Part shown: one piece after another, positions 37,952 through 51,382 of the stretch | Position numbering within the stretch: the first letter of the stretch is position 1 | Layout: each line of letters starts with the position of its first letter | Assembly: GCA_051294905.1 (NCBI GenBank) | Contig: CM119371.1 | Coordinates: 15,068,001-15,132,000, forward strand | Direction of reading: 5' to 3' | DNA: 64,000 bases | Source of the DNA: Botryllus schlosseri | Lineage: Eukaryota | The notes under the pieces: model-generated | The model's input: the letters and a program-made list of their open reading frames with translations, nothing else | Database searches by the model: none | What the model was told of the DNA's origin: nothing | Position numbers and translations under genes: made by a program

Positions 37952-38594
37952 CCGTAATTTTCCAAGTATAGTACGCCCCCATGTATAATACGCACCCCTA
38001 AAATAGCATGCAAATTCAGGGAAAAAGCCTGTACCCATGTATAGTACGCACCCTGCATTTCAGTACATGAATAGTTCCGATTTAGTATACGATGTCATTA
38101 TATTTTGCGATGTCACTCTTGAACAATCATTACACAACGATCTTTAATCATTATACAATTAGCGGGATTGTCTTTAAACGATAGTAGATAGCAGCCAAAG
38201 CTTGCGAGGCGGGCGGCGCGATAGTTCAGGCTAGCGACACGACATCTAGAGCACGAGGAGACCTTTTACAGATGCGATTGCTAATCATTATACAGCTCGC
38301 GTACAAACGGCAAACCAACTCAGCAGGAGATCGCGTGCTTGTGCACACGACTCTCGTTAATTGGCAACACGCTTCCCGCTAATTGGCAGCGTGTTACACT
38401 ATAATACGGATTACTGTGCGCGATGGATGAAAGTGAAGCGCGATTGGAAACGAACATGAAGAAAGGAGTGATTTCAAGTTTTTCATCGAGGGAGATTTTT
38501 TTCAAGGCTTGTTGTACCCATGTATAATACGCACCCCCATATTTTAGGGCAAAAAATCGTGAAAATTTTGCGCATTATACATGGAAAATTACGG
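37952..38594. mobile_element. Tc1/pogo-like MITE, TA TSD (duplicate copy)
   Basis: TA|CCGTAATTTTCC...GGAAAATTACGG|TA. Confidence 0.85.
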
Positions 38595-38620
38595 TATTCA
38601 AACTGTCACTCAGTATAATG

Positions 38621-39593
38621 CAGTGGTTCCCAACCGGGTGGGAATTTGGAAATTTGAAGGGGGGAATCTTGCTTTGGCGTTGTATCGGAAGATACACTGG
38701 GTTCACAATGTGTGGTGAGATAGCGCAGTGGTATAATCCACTACTGCAACACCAAGGGTTGTGGGTTCGAGTCCGACCGAGGTCGACTCCAGAATTCCCA
38801 CCTAGGTGTTGTGGGTTTATCTAGGCTCCTCCCTGCCATCTCGTCCGTGTACGCGGTGTCTTATAAAAGCCTAGCAGTGGGCAGCTACAGAATAAAAAAA
38901 TGAAGAAAATTGGCCTGGTGTAAATGACCATGCTAGTCAACACACACCATGAACACCTCAAAATAAGAACAAACTGGGTTCAAATTTTTTTTTAATTTTT
39001 ATGGTATAACTGTTAAGTAGAAACTAGTTCTTTACAATTGTATGTTTCTTTGGCGGATTTTAAGCTGGGTGTATTTTTAAATGCCTTCCATAAATATTAC
39101 AACCCCTGATAAAGTGAGGCTCGTGGACGATTTCGTTGGGCCCGCGACAGCCTATTGACCAAATTGCTACTAAGCAGGAAAAAGTCCAGCCAAATTCAGC
39201 ACAAGGCCGCTGGTGAAATTCTTTACCTTTTAAAGTCAACATGTGAGCTAGCGTAAAAAACATATTCGACATAAAACATCAAAATATATCAAATTCATTG
39301 ATTCGACTCAAGGCCATAACAAGCGGACTTGGTGCTATATTTTTCGTCATCGACTACCCGACCGGGAAAAAACAGGTCAAATTTAGCTGTACTTTACCAA
39401 AGTGTAGTGCGGTCCGCATTCGACAAAGTTCGGACATATCTGAATATGTTTGGCCAGTAATTGCTCAGTCAACAACTGGTTGTGCATTAAAAAGCACCCT
39501 TTTTTAGTCACAGGCAAATTTTTCATAGGGGGGAAATTGTAGCTCAAATATCGGCCAAGGGGGCCACGAGACTAAAAAGGTTGGGAACCACTG
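38621..39593. mobile_element. hAT-Charlie-type MITE
   Basis: CAGTGGTTCCCAACC...GGTTGGGAACCACTG; TSD GTATAATG/GTGTAATG; truncated copy at ~35562-35810. Confidence 0.85.
38706..38972 (+). mobile_element. Full-length tRNA-derived SINE (second family)
   Basis: A box TAGCGCAGTGG, B box GGTTCGAGTCC, A-rich tail; 10-bp flanking direct repeat ACTGGGTTCA (38696-38705, 38973-38982). Confidence 0.8.
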
Positions 39594-39798
39594 GTGTAAT
39601 GAATACAACCATGATTGCTAATGCCACAACGTAGCTTCAAATCCGATTGCCAAATACGTTTAAGTTTAAACAGAAGGTAAACTTATTCCGATCTTAAAAA
39701 TGCATGTTTAAACATTATACACGTAAGTTTCTGGCCCACGCTAGTATATGTCACGACCCCCTAAGATCGGTACATCAGACAGTTTAGGAGCCAGTGAT

Positions 39799-41412
39799 CT
39801 ATAGCTTCACCATTACAGATCCGCAAACTTCGAACAAATGATTTGGTTCTTTTTCCATGTTACACCATTTTTTGTTACATAAATCGTACTTCTCAATGTC
39901 ATGCGAGTCACCAAACTGATCCACTACAAAAATCCAATTACCGATGCGATAAGCACTGTTGTTGCCATGAGTTAAATTCATAGATGACAACGAAGTCCAT
40001 TGAGCTGAAGTAACATTGTAACATTCTACATTGTTGAGAATATCATCTTCACTCATCCCACTCGTCACAAATATCTTTTGGTCAACTGCAACAACACCAC
40101 AGCCATCAGCAGGATATCTCATTGGCTCGAGATCAACCCACTCTGATGAGAATGGAGTGAGTCTGCAGAATGAAGAAACTTCGACACCATCTCGAAAACC
40201 TCCGATACAATAGATGGAACCATCCAATGACACGAGACTAGCATTGGAAATTGCTGACGGTTTGTTTGGCAGTAAAAACCATTGATTTACAGATGGGTCA
40301 AATCTTTCGACATCAGCTTTTTCTGTAAAACCACTTCCTCCAATAACGATTATGGATCCGGTTGAACAAACTGAGCTTGGAAATAAACCATGGTCGCAAA
40401 TCATATCATCCATCTTTTCCCATTTCGAATTTTTTCTCTGAAAATTGAGTTGATGAACAGATTTAGCTTCAGAAAAGACATAAATATATGAGTCCAAAGA
40501 AATCGCTGTGAAATCCATTGAGAAATCAAACTTTGCATCATGAAACTTTTCTATTTCCTCGGTTATTGGATTGAAGGATTGGAGGCATTTTGTCTCATCA
40601 TCAAAAAGAATTATCAATTTGTCAGCCTCATTATCTTCTTTTGCCTTAATGGAAGCTTTCAGAATATGACCAGTGAATGCCTTGTACAGCACGGAGTCAT
40701 TACTTATGTGGGGGTGAGTTTCTAAAATCTGTTGCAAATATGCCGGGGATATTAGATCTAATTTGATTACTTCGAGAAATTCATGCAACAATTCTCTTTT
40801 ACTTTGAGATGTGTCGATCCACTTGAGCGATAATGCGAGTTTTTCTTCTTCCCATAATTTCAATTTTCCCGACTTCAGAAGACCGAGAAGGTCATCTTTG
40901 TCAATGCTTTCAAATCCAGCTTGGTCTGAGATTTCCATGATGTTATCTTTTAAAAATATTCTGCATCTCAAAGAAACATCAGCCAGTCCATAAATATCAC
41001 CCACATTTCTGGTAGAGAAGTAATTTTTAATGGTGATTGATTCCTCCAAAATATCGGATACGGCTTGCTTTACGTCATCCAGCTGCATCATCATTGCGAC
41101 GTGAAGAAGTTCAATGATATTTCCATCAGGAATCTCAAATTTACCCGAATATATGAAATCGATGCAATTTTTCACACACTGAGAATCCACATCTTTCAAA
41201 ACAACTTTTCTGTCGCGACTCTCTTTTGTGTCATATTTCAACATGGCTCTAAAATAAGCGGAACCAGCCGACAAGACATTTTTGTGTGTACGATAGACAT
41301 CATCTCCGACTTGGATTATGAAATCACAATGATCATCATCTTGCTTCATTCGATGTAATTCCTCGAGCATCCTCACAGCATGCCTCGCCACATCTTGACA
41401 AACAACCTGCAT
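39799..41412 (-). CDS. BTB-BACK-Kelch protein, subfamily B (B2), 537 aa from the paralog-aligned ATG
   Basis: Same domain motifs as B1. Start placed at MQVVCQ by alignment with B1/B3; the in-frame ATG at 41505 lies upstream of a putative splice acceptor. Confidence 0.93.
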   Translation of the reverse strand: MQVVCQDVARHAVRMLEELHRMKQDDDHCDFIIQVGDDVYRTHKNVLSAGSAYFRAMLKYDTKESRDRKVVLKDVDSQCVKNCIDFIYSGKFEIPDGNIIELLHVAMMMQLDDVKQAVSDILEESITIKNYFSTRNVGDIYGLADVSLRCRIFLKDNIMEISDQAGFESIDKDDLLGLLKSGKLKLWEEEKLALSLKWIDTSQSKRELLHEFLEVIKLDLISPAYLQQILETHPHISNDSVLYKAFTGHILKASIKAKEDNEADKLIILFDDETKCLQSFNPITEEIEKFHDAKFDFSMDFTAISLDSYIYVFSEAKSVHQLNFQRKNSKWEKMDDMICDHGLFPSSVCSTGSIIVIGGSGFTEKADVERFDPSVNQWFLLPNKPSAISNASLVSLDGSIYCIGGFRDGVEVSSFCRLTPFSSEWVDLEPMRYPADGCGVVAVDQKIFVTSGMSEDDILNNVECYNVTSAQWTSLSSMNLTHGNNSAYRIGNWIFVVDQFGDSHDIEKYDLCNKKWCNMEKEPNHLFEVCGSVMVKL

Positions 41413-42020
41413 TATGGTCACCAATAACTTGTCAAGGATATTTCTATAGATTATAGTGCTGTTTTTAAAATACACATGGTTAGAGTCAATGCATACACAA
41501 ATCATTCATATCGACAAAATAAACTGCACTAATAACTGCCGGTAACCACCTGCGTTAATATTGATTGATAATTTCAGTGGAATAAAGCCACACATTTTCG
41601 AAAATTGCAGAGACATTCAATGAAACTTTCAAATAGAAGTCAGTCAATTATAAGAGTAGAACAAAATCATCAACTTTAGCCTCTACGACTGGTTACAGAA
41701 AACATATACCTGAATGAGGAAATGAAAACAGAACATACAAAATACTTAGAGAGGGTTGAACTACCTAGCTGTAGAAGAAGCATAAACTATGATCGAGGCA
41801 AGATCATTCATCGATTTTTCTTTGACCGATGGACATTTTTTCATAATACACTGAGTATTGAAGCTACGTTTGAGATTTCTAACTATTCGTTTGGTAGTGA
41901 ATGATGTGATCCAAACGTTTCATTAACCACTTCGAATTACTATCACCACAAGTGGTATAGTGAATTGTGTAAATGTCGTAAGTTTGCACGCTAGCAGTTC
42001 TACGTAAAGTCCTTTTAAAC

Positions 42021-44302
42021 CAGAGGTCTCAAACACGCGGCCCGCCAGGACATTTTGTGCGGCCCGCGACGACATTTTAGATTTTTATTAATTTGACAAT
42101 ATATAAGTGTCACATATATCTTTTCAGGTTATAAAGTGAAAATTCCCTCTTAAATTGCTCCGAAAGCCTGAAACTATTCATCAAACTTCACTATCACATC
42201 AATTGCAAACGCTACCATGCAGTGGACGATGCACTATTTCGCCACATTTCGACATCATGATGACAAAATCTGACCCTAAGACGATTCGTGTCTGATATTT
42301 GTGAGTTGGACTTGGACGCGACCTTTCTTAGAATTACTCAGACTCGGGCTAACTCGGTGGAAAAATGAAAATGACTCGAGTGGACTCGGAGTGACTCGGA
42401 ATACCGTGAATTTGTTGGAACCATGAACGCAACAAACTAAACGCGTATTAGTGGAATAGTAATAGATCAGAAAGTCGCAGCTTGGTATTTCGCTAACTAA
42501 GCAAGTAGTTATGATAGGGTTACCATATTTTTGTAACACAAATTCCAGACGCTTTTTAGCGCCAACTAGCGGATTTCAAAATGAGCTATGAGCACATTGT
42601 CGATAAATATGACGTCACACTAGCAAAGCTTTCTCTATCGACTAGAGGCGGTCACGATCCGGTTCAGGATTACGTGTTGTGTGTTGTAAGTTGTAACCAG
42701 GGCCGAAGCCACATTTTCCCAGCCCCTTCCTGTCAAAATAAACACTGATCTTGGCCCAACGTAGGGTAATCGATGCAACTTCTGGGGGCTTACTATATGC
42801 ATCTGGTTTCTACATGCATCTGGTCGATTAATGATTAGAATGAATTATGTCAATAATATTGGTTCTTCTGTATATTACTATATAATTTGATCCTCTCTCC
42901 GCTCACATGATCAGAGTTAGCGGTGGAGCTGGTGGATGATGACTTCGAAAATGAAAGGAGCATAATTGTACATCGTTTAGTCATGTTCATATCACACTGA
43001 TAACACTATTCATCAGCCTAGTACCTGTGCGCACTGCACCACTGAGCTATATAAACACCTCACATCCGGTAGTTTCCAACCATTTATGGTCGCGACTCCA
43101 TTTTCAATTTGAAAATGTTCCGTGGCCCAGCTCAAAATTTGACAAGCTGATTACTAATTAAGGGTCGACACATTTGCCTAGACTTACCCACGGCCTATTT
43201 TGGAAGCTGATTACGTTCAACTTTTTCGGCAAACTACCCCCAGGTTTAGAACCACTCTTCGAATAATGCATCCAAACGGCCCAAACCGATTCTATAAATA
43301 TACCGTTATCTTGTAATTGCGATTACAATTAGACTTATTTCTGTAAGTGAATGTTATTTTTATTTATTTTTGATCGCAGTTTTTGCGAGGGCGGTAGTCC
43401 CCATATTAAAACCAACATATGTGATATTAAATCGCGGGTGACGCGAAGAAAAATTTCATGTAGATCTGCCCAAAAATAATATTGTTTATGTTGATTTAGG
43501 AAAAAATTATGAGCTTACTTCAAAATTCCGGACATTTAGGCATATTTTAGAAATTCCTTCCGGACGCAGTTTTAACAGTGAAATTCCGGACGTATGGCAA
43601 CCCTAAGTTATGACAACCATTGGCAATCTGTTAGTTACATCTTTCGTCCCTAAACCATGTTATTAAAGCCACTTAAAAGTACCGAGTACCGCAGTGGTAC
43701 GCTCCAACGATGTAACAACAATGTGCCGTTCGGCGTTCCGACATTTCAATCACTAGGATACATTCAATAATATATTTATATTATATTTATATATATTTTT
43801 TTGCTCCTATTTGAAGATATTTGGCCAAGAGATTAATAGCCTACTTATCAGAAGCATACCCGAATCGTGGATCGGAATTACATTGCTCAACCTAAAAATG
43901 TTTTCATATCAGATCAGTCTCTCAATCTGTTCAAAATAATCATAGTAGCTGAAAAATTATAACCCGATAGCTTTTATGATGGCATCATACCTTTGTCCAC
44001 CCAAATTCTGTCTATATCTTATAATTAATATATATCAAGCATAAGAACAATTCTATTCAAATAGTTATAGATGCGATGATTATTTTCGTGCCAGGCCTAA
44101 ATTGATACAAGAGTAAATCAAAATTTGACGATGTGTGTTTACTGTCAGTCTGCTGGATCGGCTCATTTTCAATAGGACAATTCACTCCCGCCAAATAAGG
44201 CCTACTTGGAAAGACATATAATACCCCTATAAATGCTGCGGCCCGCGGCGTCGTCAAAACTGGAAAAATGGCCCGCGAGCACATTTGAGTTTGAGACCTC
44301 TG
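42021..44302. mobile_element. Non-autonomous hAT-Charlie-type element (copy of the 910-2118 family)
   Basis: CAGAGGTCTCAAAC...GTTTGAGACCTCTG; perfect TSD TTTTAAAC (42013-42020, 44303-44310). Confidence 0.92.
42515..43605. mobile_element. Nested hAT element with TAGGGTT(A/G)CCA ends
   Basis: TAGGGTTACCATA...TATGGCAACCCTA; perfect TSD AGTTATGA (42507-42514, 43606-43613); empty site seen in the sister copy near 1420. Confidence 0.9.
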
Positions 44303-45084
44303 TTTTAAACCCACTTTTTATAATTGTTTGGTGATAACGAATGGTTCGAATTTATGATATACTAATTTTCCTTACGTTTAGCAGTTTCTGGTGGCATTTT
44401 CAAGCACCAGTACCAATGGATGAAATCCCAAGAGTGTGGATACTTGACTTCTCGAAATCACAAGGAAATGTCGGTCTTGGCCGTCTTGAGTAATATGACT
44501 TGGTTCGAGTCATGCGCAATGACTCGAGTCCAAGTCGAGTCATTTCCACATTTTCAGAAAATGACTCGAGTCATCAAAAAATCGTGACTCGAGTTGTGAC
44601 AACCCTTGGTTTTTAGTGCACATTGGACATTGCAACATCTTAAGTCTTATGTGATTATAGTCAATGAAGTTGAATCATTTTGAATTCAGCACCAATTCCG
44701 TGTCCAACTCATTGTGTAGCCTGTTCAGTTTCGAGTTAAAACTTGGTTGCCAGTATTTACAACTCTGCCTGTTGTTATCGAATGATTCTCGTTGATAATA
44801 TACAAGTTTTCAACACTCTTAGGGTGTCTTCATACTGAGTTTCGGTAACATTCTATCCGGTAAACATTTATCGAAATCACTCAATGCGAACGGAACCCCT
44901 CTGGTGTGAACGTAATGTTCTCCGTAAATGTTTTCGAAATATGTGCAATATGAACGAAGGCAGCGCCGTACTCATTTCACCAAACTGTCAATCATTACGT
45001 GCCTTTCGTAAACTCGCCGTTCATATTGACTTACGGTACCGGTACTAAAGTCCTGACGGTACCGGTACTGCTGGTATCTTTTAA

Positions 45085-46868
45085 CCGATTGGCACCGACT
45101 GCCAGTTTCGAAAAATTTAACTTCATTTTTCAAAATCCAAAAATGGTACCTTCCTAGGATTCGAGCCCCGTCAACAAGGTACCGTTCGATTCAAAATGTC
45201 AACGCGTAGCCGATTGCGCCACTCAAACCAACACCGACGGCGTGTCTGATTACCTATATCAAGATCAAGCCGAGAAAACGTTGGTTGGAAACAGAAATGC
45301 TAAATTGCGCACCTTATGAACCTTAGTATAGGTATCAGATTGCGATAGAGTCTTATGTGTTGTATAGGCACAGTATTCATCGTTCCAGAGAGCCCTGAGT
45401 CGACACTCTACGTCTAGCAGGCGATAATTTCTAATCAAAACAATACCGACAGTTTTAGTCAACTCGCGACAGGCCACCGAGAGAGTGAGTCATGCCGAGT
45501 GATGCGCGCGTATGGTAACTTCGAAGGCTTATAACTGAAACTGTTGTGAACCTAAATCAGTCATTTTAGTATTCCTAGACGGAGATTATACCGTCCTTAC
45601 CACAATGATATACTGCAAATGCTTATCATTACTGCAACGTAAAGTTTATGATGTTATTTGGTAGCACTTCCGTCAAAGCCTACAACATTTTGCGGGTAAT
45701 GCATACCGAGTAGTATTGCAGTTATTACGATATATCCATGACTAATAACTGTTGTCTGATGTAGATATAATCTTATGGGCATGTACCCTTCACAGATACA
45801 ATCTAAGAATGTCTATTACAAACAGAATTCAGGACATATCACTTTATGTTATGGATATTCGTCCCTGCGTTTGACACTACCGTGGTAGTCTGCAGCAATT
45901 CTCTTCGCGATTTTCAGAAGCGGCCTTGGGGTGACTTAGGCATAACTAATGTTGTTTACTTTGACCTTGTAGGTGGAGATTGACTAGTGTTATTGAAGGA
46001 GACAAACCGCCAATCGATGTACGACAGCTCTTTGTATATCCAGACGCACGCTTTTGCGTAGGTATAATCGCTGAGTAATATTGTGCGTATTCCGAATTAT
46101 ACTTGACCATTAGCCGTTATTTAGAATCATATAGGCAACAACAACCTACAGACACAATCTATGAAGGTCTATGGCTATTAGAACACGATAAATATCACGT
46201 TATGTGACTGGTATTCATCCATCTGCTTGAAGCTGGTACGGTAGTCTGCGGGAATTCGCTTCCCGATTTTCAAATGGAACCTTGAGCGGTGTGGAACTAA
46301 CTAGTATAGTTGTTTTAGAAAAAAAAAAAGAAGCTGACAATCCCTATTCATAGCAACAAACTACAGCTGGTTATGACGAATAAAACCAAATGTACGACAG
46401 TGTATATGACGGGTAGCCTATGAGGAATGCGCGTCTGGGAAATGAACCTTCGGCGGATATTGTTGTCACGCGGCCTATCACATGGCTTTTGAACAGCTTA
46501 TATGTAACTAATATCAGATATGAAGATATGTGTGGACTTGTATGGACACTAGCTTTTCACAGAAAGAAACAACTATATGTTCTAATACGGCTAGAACAAA
46601 ACATACAGGACGTTATGTGAGCGTGGTTAATGACGCGCGCGTTGCCGAAACAACATATTTATCTACGGTATTTGATATCCGATTTCGACGTCTTAGATAT
46701 CATATATAACAAATATTATGGTATCAATGAACTTGCACAAACAATATATATCCGCAGAAATAAACAGCAACGACTTAGCATCATTAGAACGGGATATATA
46801 GTGGTTTTAATGCAGTACGCCTCCCTCTAACGGCAATGGGTAAAAATACCCACGCCGGCGCCAAACGG
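45085..46868. mobile_element. piggyBac-like non-autonomous element
   Basis: TTAA|CCGATTGGCACCG...CGGCGCCAAACGG|TTAA (13-bp TIR, 2 mismatches); internal diverged ~370-bp duplication (~45700-46400). Confidence 0.65.
45144..45229 (-). ncRNA. tRNA-like Pol III unit (not a functional tRNA)
   Basis: Minus strand: A box TGGCGCAATCGG, B-box-like GGCTCGAATCC, ends ACCA followed by TTTTT. Acceptor and anticodon stems do not pair well. Confidence 0.45.
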
Positions 46869-48279
46869 TTAAGGACGACCGGTGATGTAAGCTGTGATCA
46901 TGACACTTGATGTTAGTCATCATTATTTTGGTTACTCATAAAATTATTTTATTATACAACAAAATGGCTAGCAATGATAATGTTCAGCAGTGGCGCATGA
47001 GATGGGGATTCAGTCGCTTTTCAGCTTCATGATAGTTTTTAAATATTATTATACACATTTCCCTCACCATTTCAAAATTACAATACGAGACAACCTCGTA
47101 GCTGTAACGCTCTGTAACAACTCCAGTCGGTAGTTTCGTAACACTAGGAAGCCATGTTCACACTGAAGCAAAATTACGATATATTTACCGTAAGAGAGCT
47201 CAATGTGAATGAAAGTATTTTGAAAACCACCTTCAATATGAACAAAACTGTTTTCGTAAATATTTCGGTAATTCTATAGGCAGTGTGAACAGTGTTAGTT
47301 ACGGTAACTGTTTCGGAATCGGTTCGGAAACTCCAGTGTGAAGACGCCCTTAACTGTTTCTGGTCGCAATTTCATTTACCAGTACTAGTAGACAATGTGG
47401 CAATGTCGATATTGGCCGTTCAAGTCTTGCGTCATATGAGTTGCTCTGAGTCATTTGCAATGACTCGAGTACACGTCAAGTCAATGCACAGAATGACTCA
47501 GGTTGAGTCGCGTCATTTTCCATCTCTTGACAAAATGACTCGAGTTAAGTCGAGTCACTAAAAATTTGCCACTCGAATGGAGTCATGACTCCACAGCCCT
47601 GATTAATAGAGTAGAAGGCCTAAAGATTGAACATTAAACATGAATCATTTTCACATGTCAGCCTACACTGCATCGGACTGGGTTCATATTCAATATTAAA
47701 CTGATTCAACAACATTTAAATATTCAAATAGCCTATCTCTGTTACAATGTAATACTAAGTAAAAATACAAGTAGTCTAATAATTTCTAACAATGCGTAGG
47801 CCTATATAGGCATACTAGTGGTTCTCCTGCAAAGTCAACCCCAACTGTAAATATGACTGAAGTTTCCTGTTACACATTGTTCCATTAAAGTTTCTGCATG
47901 GCCAAGTTCTATTCAATTCATCATCAACTTGATTTGGACAATTGGATTTCTTCTTAAATAAATTTGACATTGATATAATCTACTTCACTACCAAATAGTG
48001 CTGAAAGCGAAATATTTCGTCAAATTTTGCCTAAAAATATGTCTAGTTTTCTTATATTATTGGTCCTAAACGTCGTATACGAGTTGTAGGCTGGCTTTCA
48101 GACAGTTTAGTATATAACACTTGCAACATCTTGAAATAGGATGAAACGAAAGTAGACCATGAGCTGTGTTGACTCTATAAAACACTAAAGAGTGTTCTAC
48201 ATTCGCAGCCTTCAAGCTTCAATAGGTTGAATTCAACCTTTTTTTCTCGTATGCAGATACCGTATACTTGTAATCTATC

Positions 48280-48713
48280 CCTCTACCTCATTCGTTGACA
48301 CTGACTGGAATCTGGGAAGGTGTCTTTACAGACTTTTCTTGCAGTTTTTGGTTTTTTACCGACTCACGTCACCGACGGTACCTGTGACATACGGCTCGTA
48401 CGTTCATCGGTTCTTTTACTGCAAGACCATTATATCTACAAGAAAAAACTACTACAAGCCACAATAAACATCGATTGGCTGTCGAATAAACATTACAACT
48501 CGATACCATCAGCTAGCAGCGTGTTCTCCTACTCAGTCAAGTGTACCTGTTTGATGCTGGTGTGATCAGACTAGATGACCTTCATGGTCTTATCGATCAT
48601 TCCTATCTAATACCGAATACTGTGCACGCATATTTTCTGTACCACCATCACTGCCGTTTGTTATGTATTTTGGTTCGATGAAAATAAAGACTCTCTCTCT
48701 CTCTCTCTCTCTC
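48280..48713 (+). mobile_element. Possible 3' end of a non-LTR retrotransposon with (CT)n tail
   Basis: AATAAA directly followed by a (CT)n microsatellite at ~48691-48713; upstream HYNSIP...SVK weakly resembles CR1/L2 ORF2 C-termini. Confidence 0.35.
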
Positions 48714-49155
48714 AGTACTCAATGTTATTGTTTATTGTCGGGCGAGCGTGAGAGAGGGAGATAGAGATAAAGAGAGAATTCATTTATTAGTCAACCAGCG
48801 AGTAAATCAATGATTGCGGCATGGCTATGATTACAGCAGCAGAGGGAAAGCAAATGTAATAACAAATATAGTATAGACGCTGAACTGATGAAACAGTTAA
48901 TAACGGTTGAGACACCGTAGAGCAGAGCTGGTCTCATTCGCAAATTTCCGAATCCACCCGGCTCCGGCTTGCCATTTGAAATTCAGTATCCGAAACATTT
49001 TGGATGAAGGATTTAGAGTCCAAAAAAGGCCGGCTGAAATCATACTAATGTCTCATACTTCAGTGGAAAATCCTGCTAGTCTCCTAATTTCCATGCGAAA
49101 TCACAATCCGGATCCATCCCACAAAATACAGTCCTTCGTATCAGGGCTTTGGAGG

Positions 49156-51382
49156 CAGTGGCGTAGCAGCCATCTGGCGCTTCTGGCTCTGCGCCAGGGG
49201 CGGCAGGCTCCAAGGGGGCGGCAAAAGGAGGCTGGACACAGCACGAAGAGATGGCTAATCACGAGCTAATTGTTGAAGTTGTTTGTAAACGTTTAAATGA
49301 CGGGTTGTGGTTAAATTTATACAAGAGGTAAATTAGACTCTCAAATCTCAAAATGATGACGTCGTATTTACGTTCTACCATGACTGAAGATCTTCTATCA
49401 GTAATATGAATTCTTTCTATAGAAAAAGACTACGTCCAAAAACTTGATTTTGAAGATGTTATCTCTGATTTTGCTTAGGCGAAAGCGCGAAAAGTTCAAT
49501 TTTGAGGAGGCTATTGAACTATAATTTTCTAATACATGTGCGGCCAGCCCGTGGCCCACAAGATAACTATCACCGAAACTTCACCAAGGTCATTTATTTT
49601 TAACTTTCAAGGTCAACCCCAAAGATTTTATTAGCCTGACCATGAAATTTAGGATACTGATGAGTAAAATATCAGTTCTGCGACGCATTGGTGTGGCCAT
49701 GGGCCAGCCACATCTTTCGGAGATATTCGCACACTATCGTAAAGATAATATTTCGTGTCAGATTTATTTCACTGGAAGTTTTTCTTAGCGCTGCATGTGA
49801 TCAATTGTTATTCGATCTATTGCTTATAAAATTGCTACCGCTACTGCAAATTAAAAACAAAAAATACGCCCATGAGGGTAAATCTATTCTCAATGATGGA
49901 GAGAAAGTGCTGTCCAACGAGAGACTTAACGTGTGCGCTCGCAGAAAGATCGTCGGCGATGGAAACTTGGCTCAAAATGTTGGACGCATATTGGCTGGGG
50001 TCACCATACGTACTTCTTTAGGAGCAACGTCGTAACTGGTGCACCCCAAACCCCTAATTTGGGGAGGGGCGAGCTTGAAGGGGGACCATAATTCATTTGT
50101 GAACGAGCATTAATTATACGTTTTTTTAATCGTTGCGTGCGATTTCATGTAGATAAATGTTTTGATTATTGGACACCCTTCCTCCACGAAAAAAACGCAT
50201 GATTTATGGAAATATGTATTTAAGCGTCGGCCGTTACCACGCCACAATGAAGTTTGGGCCAACATGGTTCTCCGAGAAGTGTGCCGAAAAGATCGTCAGC
50301 ATGAAATCATTAGCCGAAAAGGGTCCCCTTATGTTGACCGTAAACTTCGATATAAATATATATCTAATTGTCCGGGTGCCTGGATAATTTCTGACCCCGA
50401 ATCTTCCTGTCGAGGCAATCAGGACACCACATGACAAATGACATCCCGTAGAGAAAAATAATTATTTGGCAGTGAAGAAATTCCAATTTTGAATCGTGTG
50501 CTTCTTTTAGGCGATTTCAATATCTTTTGACTCTATATAGCGCACAGGTCAAGAAATAATAACATGTAACTATAAGTAATTGCACCAACGGTCACGACCG
50601 AACGTGTTTACAAAGATGAATTACGTGCACTAAATATGCCTAGACAACATGCACTGAACTCCACCGGTAAATCTGATTACGTGGACTGAGAGGGTGCAAA
50701 TCTTATAGCAAGATATATGCAATTACCAATATTATTGAACGAATCAATCATGAATTATAGAAATTTTTCGCTCATTGCACGATCATACAACTGTAACAAC
50801 TGTTACAAGTAGTGGTAATAACGTTCGTCGCGACGGGACATCTGTAAAAAGTGTCCTCCTTTTATGTTTTCCAAATATGGTAAGCCTAATATTGGCCGAA
50901 GTCGACGATATTAATAATATGTCCAAGTGCCCAGTTAGCCTACTTTTCGTGACATAAATATTAACGATTTTAATGCGTAGAAAGTGAAGTCTTGTTTTGA
51001 CGGTTACCTGATTTTGGCTTGTCCTATTGGACGACTAATATACCGTATTGTCAATTGGTCATCAACCTGTAAGTGGCCCGCGTAAAGGTTCGTAAACGTC
51101 ATGTGGTCCTTTGGACGAAAGGGTTGATAAACCTTAGCCTAACGCATTTGTTCTGCACCTTTTGTCTTTTATTTTTAGCCTTAACGCCAAGACAGTAAGG
51201 CTTCTTTCTCAAGTAATATAGAAGTTTTGAGATGCAGCACATTATTTGTAATCATTTTTATTGAAAAGATTGCTTGGACATGTAGGCTAACTATTTAGAA
51301 TTTTTTTTTGCAACCTCAAGTTCACTTAGGGCGGCATTTTCAACGAAAGCCAGGGGCGGCAGCATATGCTGCTACGCCACTG
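49156..51382 (+). mobile_element. hAT (Tip100/ZMYM1-like) deletion derivative with nested fragments
   Basis: Perfect 15-bp TIR CAGTGGCGTAGCAGC...GCTGCTACGCCACTG and a transposase C-terminal remnant; no matching TSD. Confidence 0.7.
49341..49505 (+). pseudogene. hAT transposase C-terminal remnant (Tip100/ZMYM1-like)
   Basis: Translation SNLKMMTSYLRSTMTEDLLSVI*ILSIEKDYVQKLDFEDVISDFA*AKARKVQF* matches the YLRSTM...LSIE...DFA..KARK signature. Confidence 0.82.

Larger units (their letters stand above)
32766..38879. repeat. Near-identical ~3.05-kb tandem duplication (32766-35810 and 35814-38879)
   Basis: Identical ORF translations recur at an offset of 3057 bp; only scattered SNPs and small indels differ; junction CCTAGCAGTG-AAG-CAGAGAAAAA. 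Confidence 0.95.
44822..47349. mobile_element. PIF/Harbinger-like MITE with nested insertion
   Basis: TTA|GGGTGTCTTCATACTG...CAGTGTGAAGACGCCC|TTA (3-bp TTA TSD); internal GTGTGAAC repeats. Confidence 0.75.

Noticed and set aside
38714..38780. tRNA genes at ~34400, 35655, 37460, 38715 and 45150
   Set aside because: A/B boxes are present but no complete cloverleaf; these are SINE heads or tRNA-like relics.
41413..41505. 31-aa N-terminal extension of B2, and TTG starts for B1 and B3
   Set aside because: Not conserved in paralogs; the B2 extension crosses the putative splice acceptor.
47810..48270. Minus-strand GVDFAGEP motif and short open frame
   Set aside because: Isolated motif with no consistent frame; cannot be told apart from chance.
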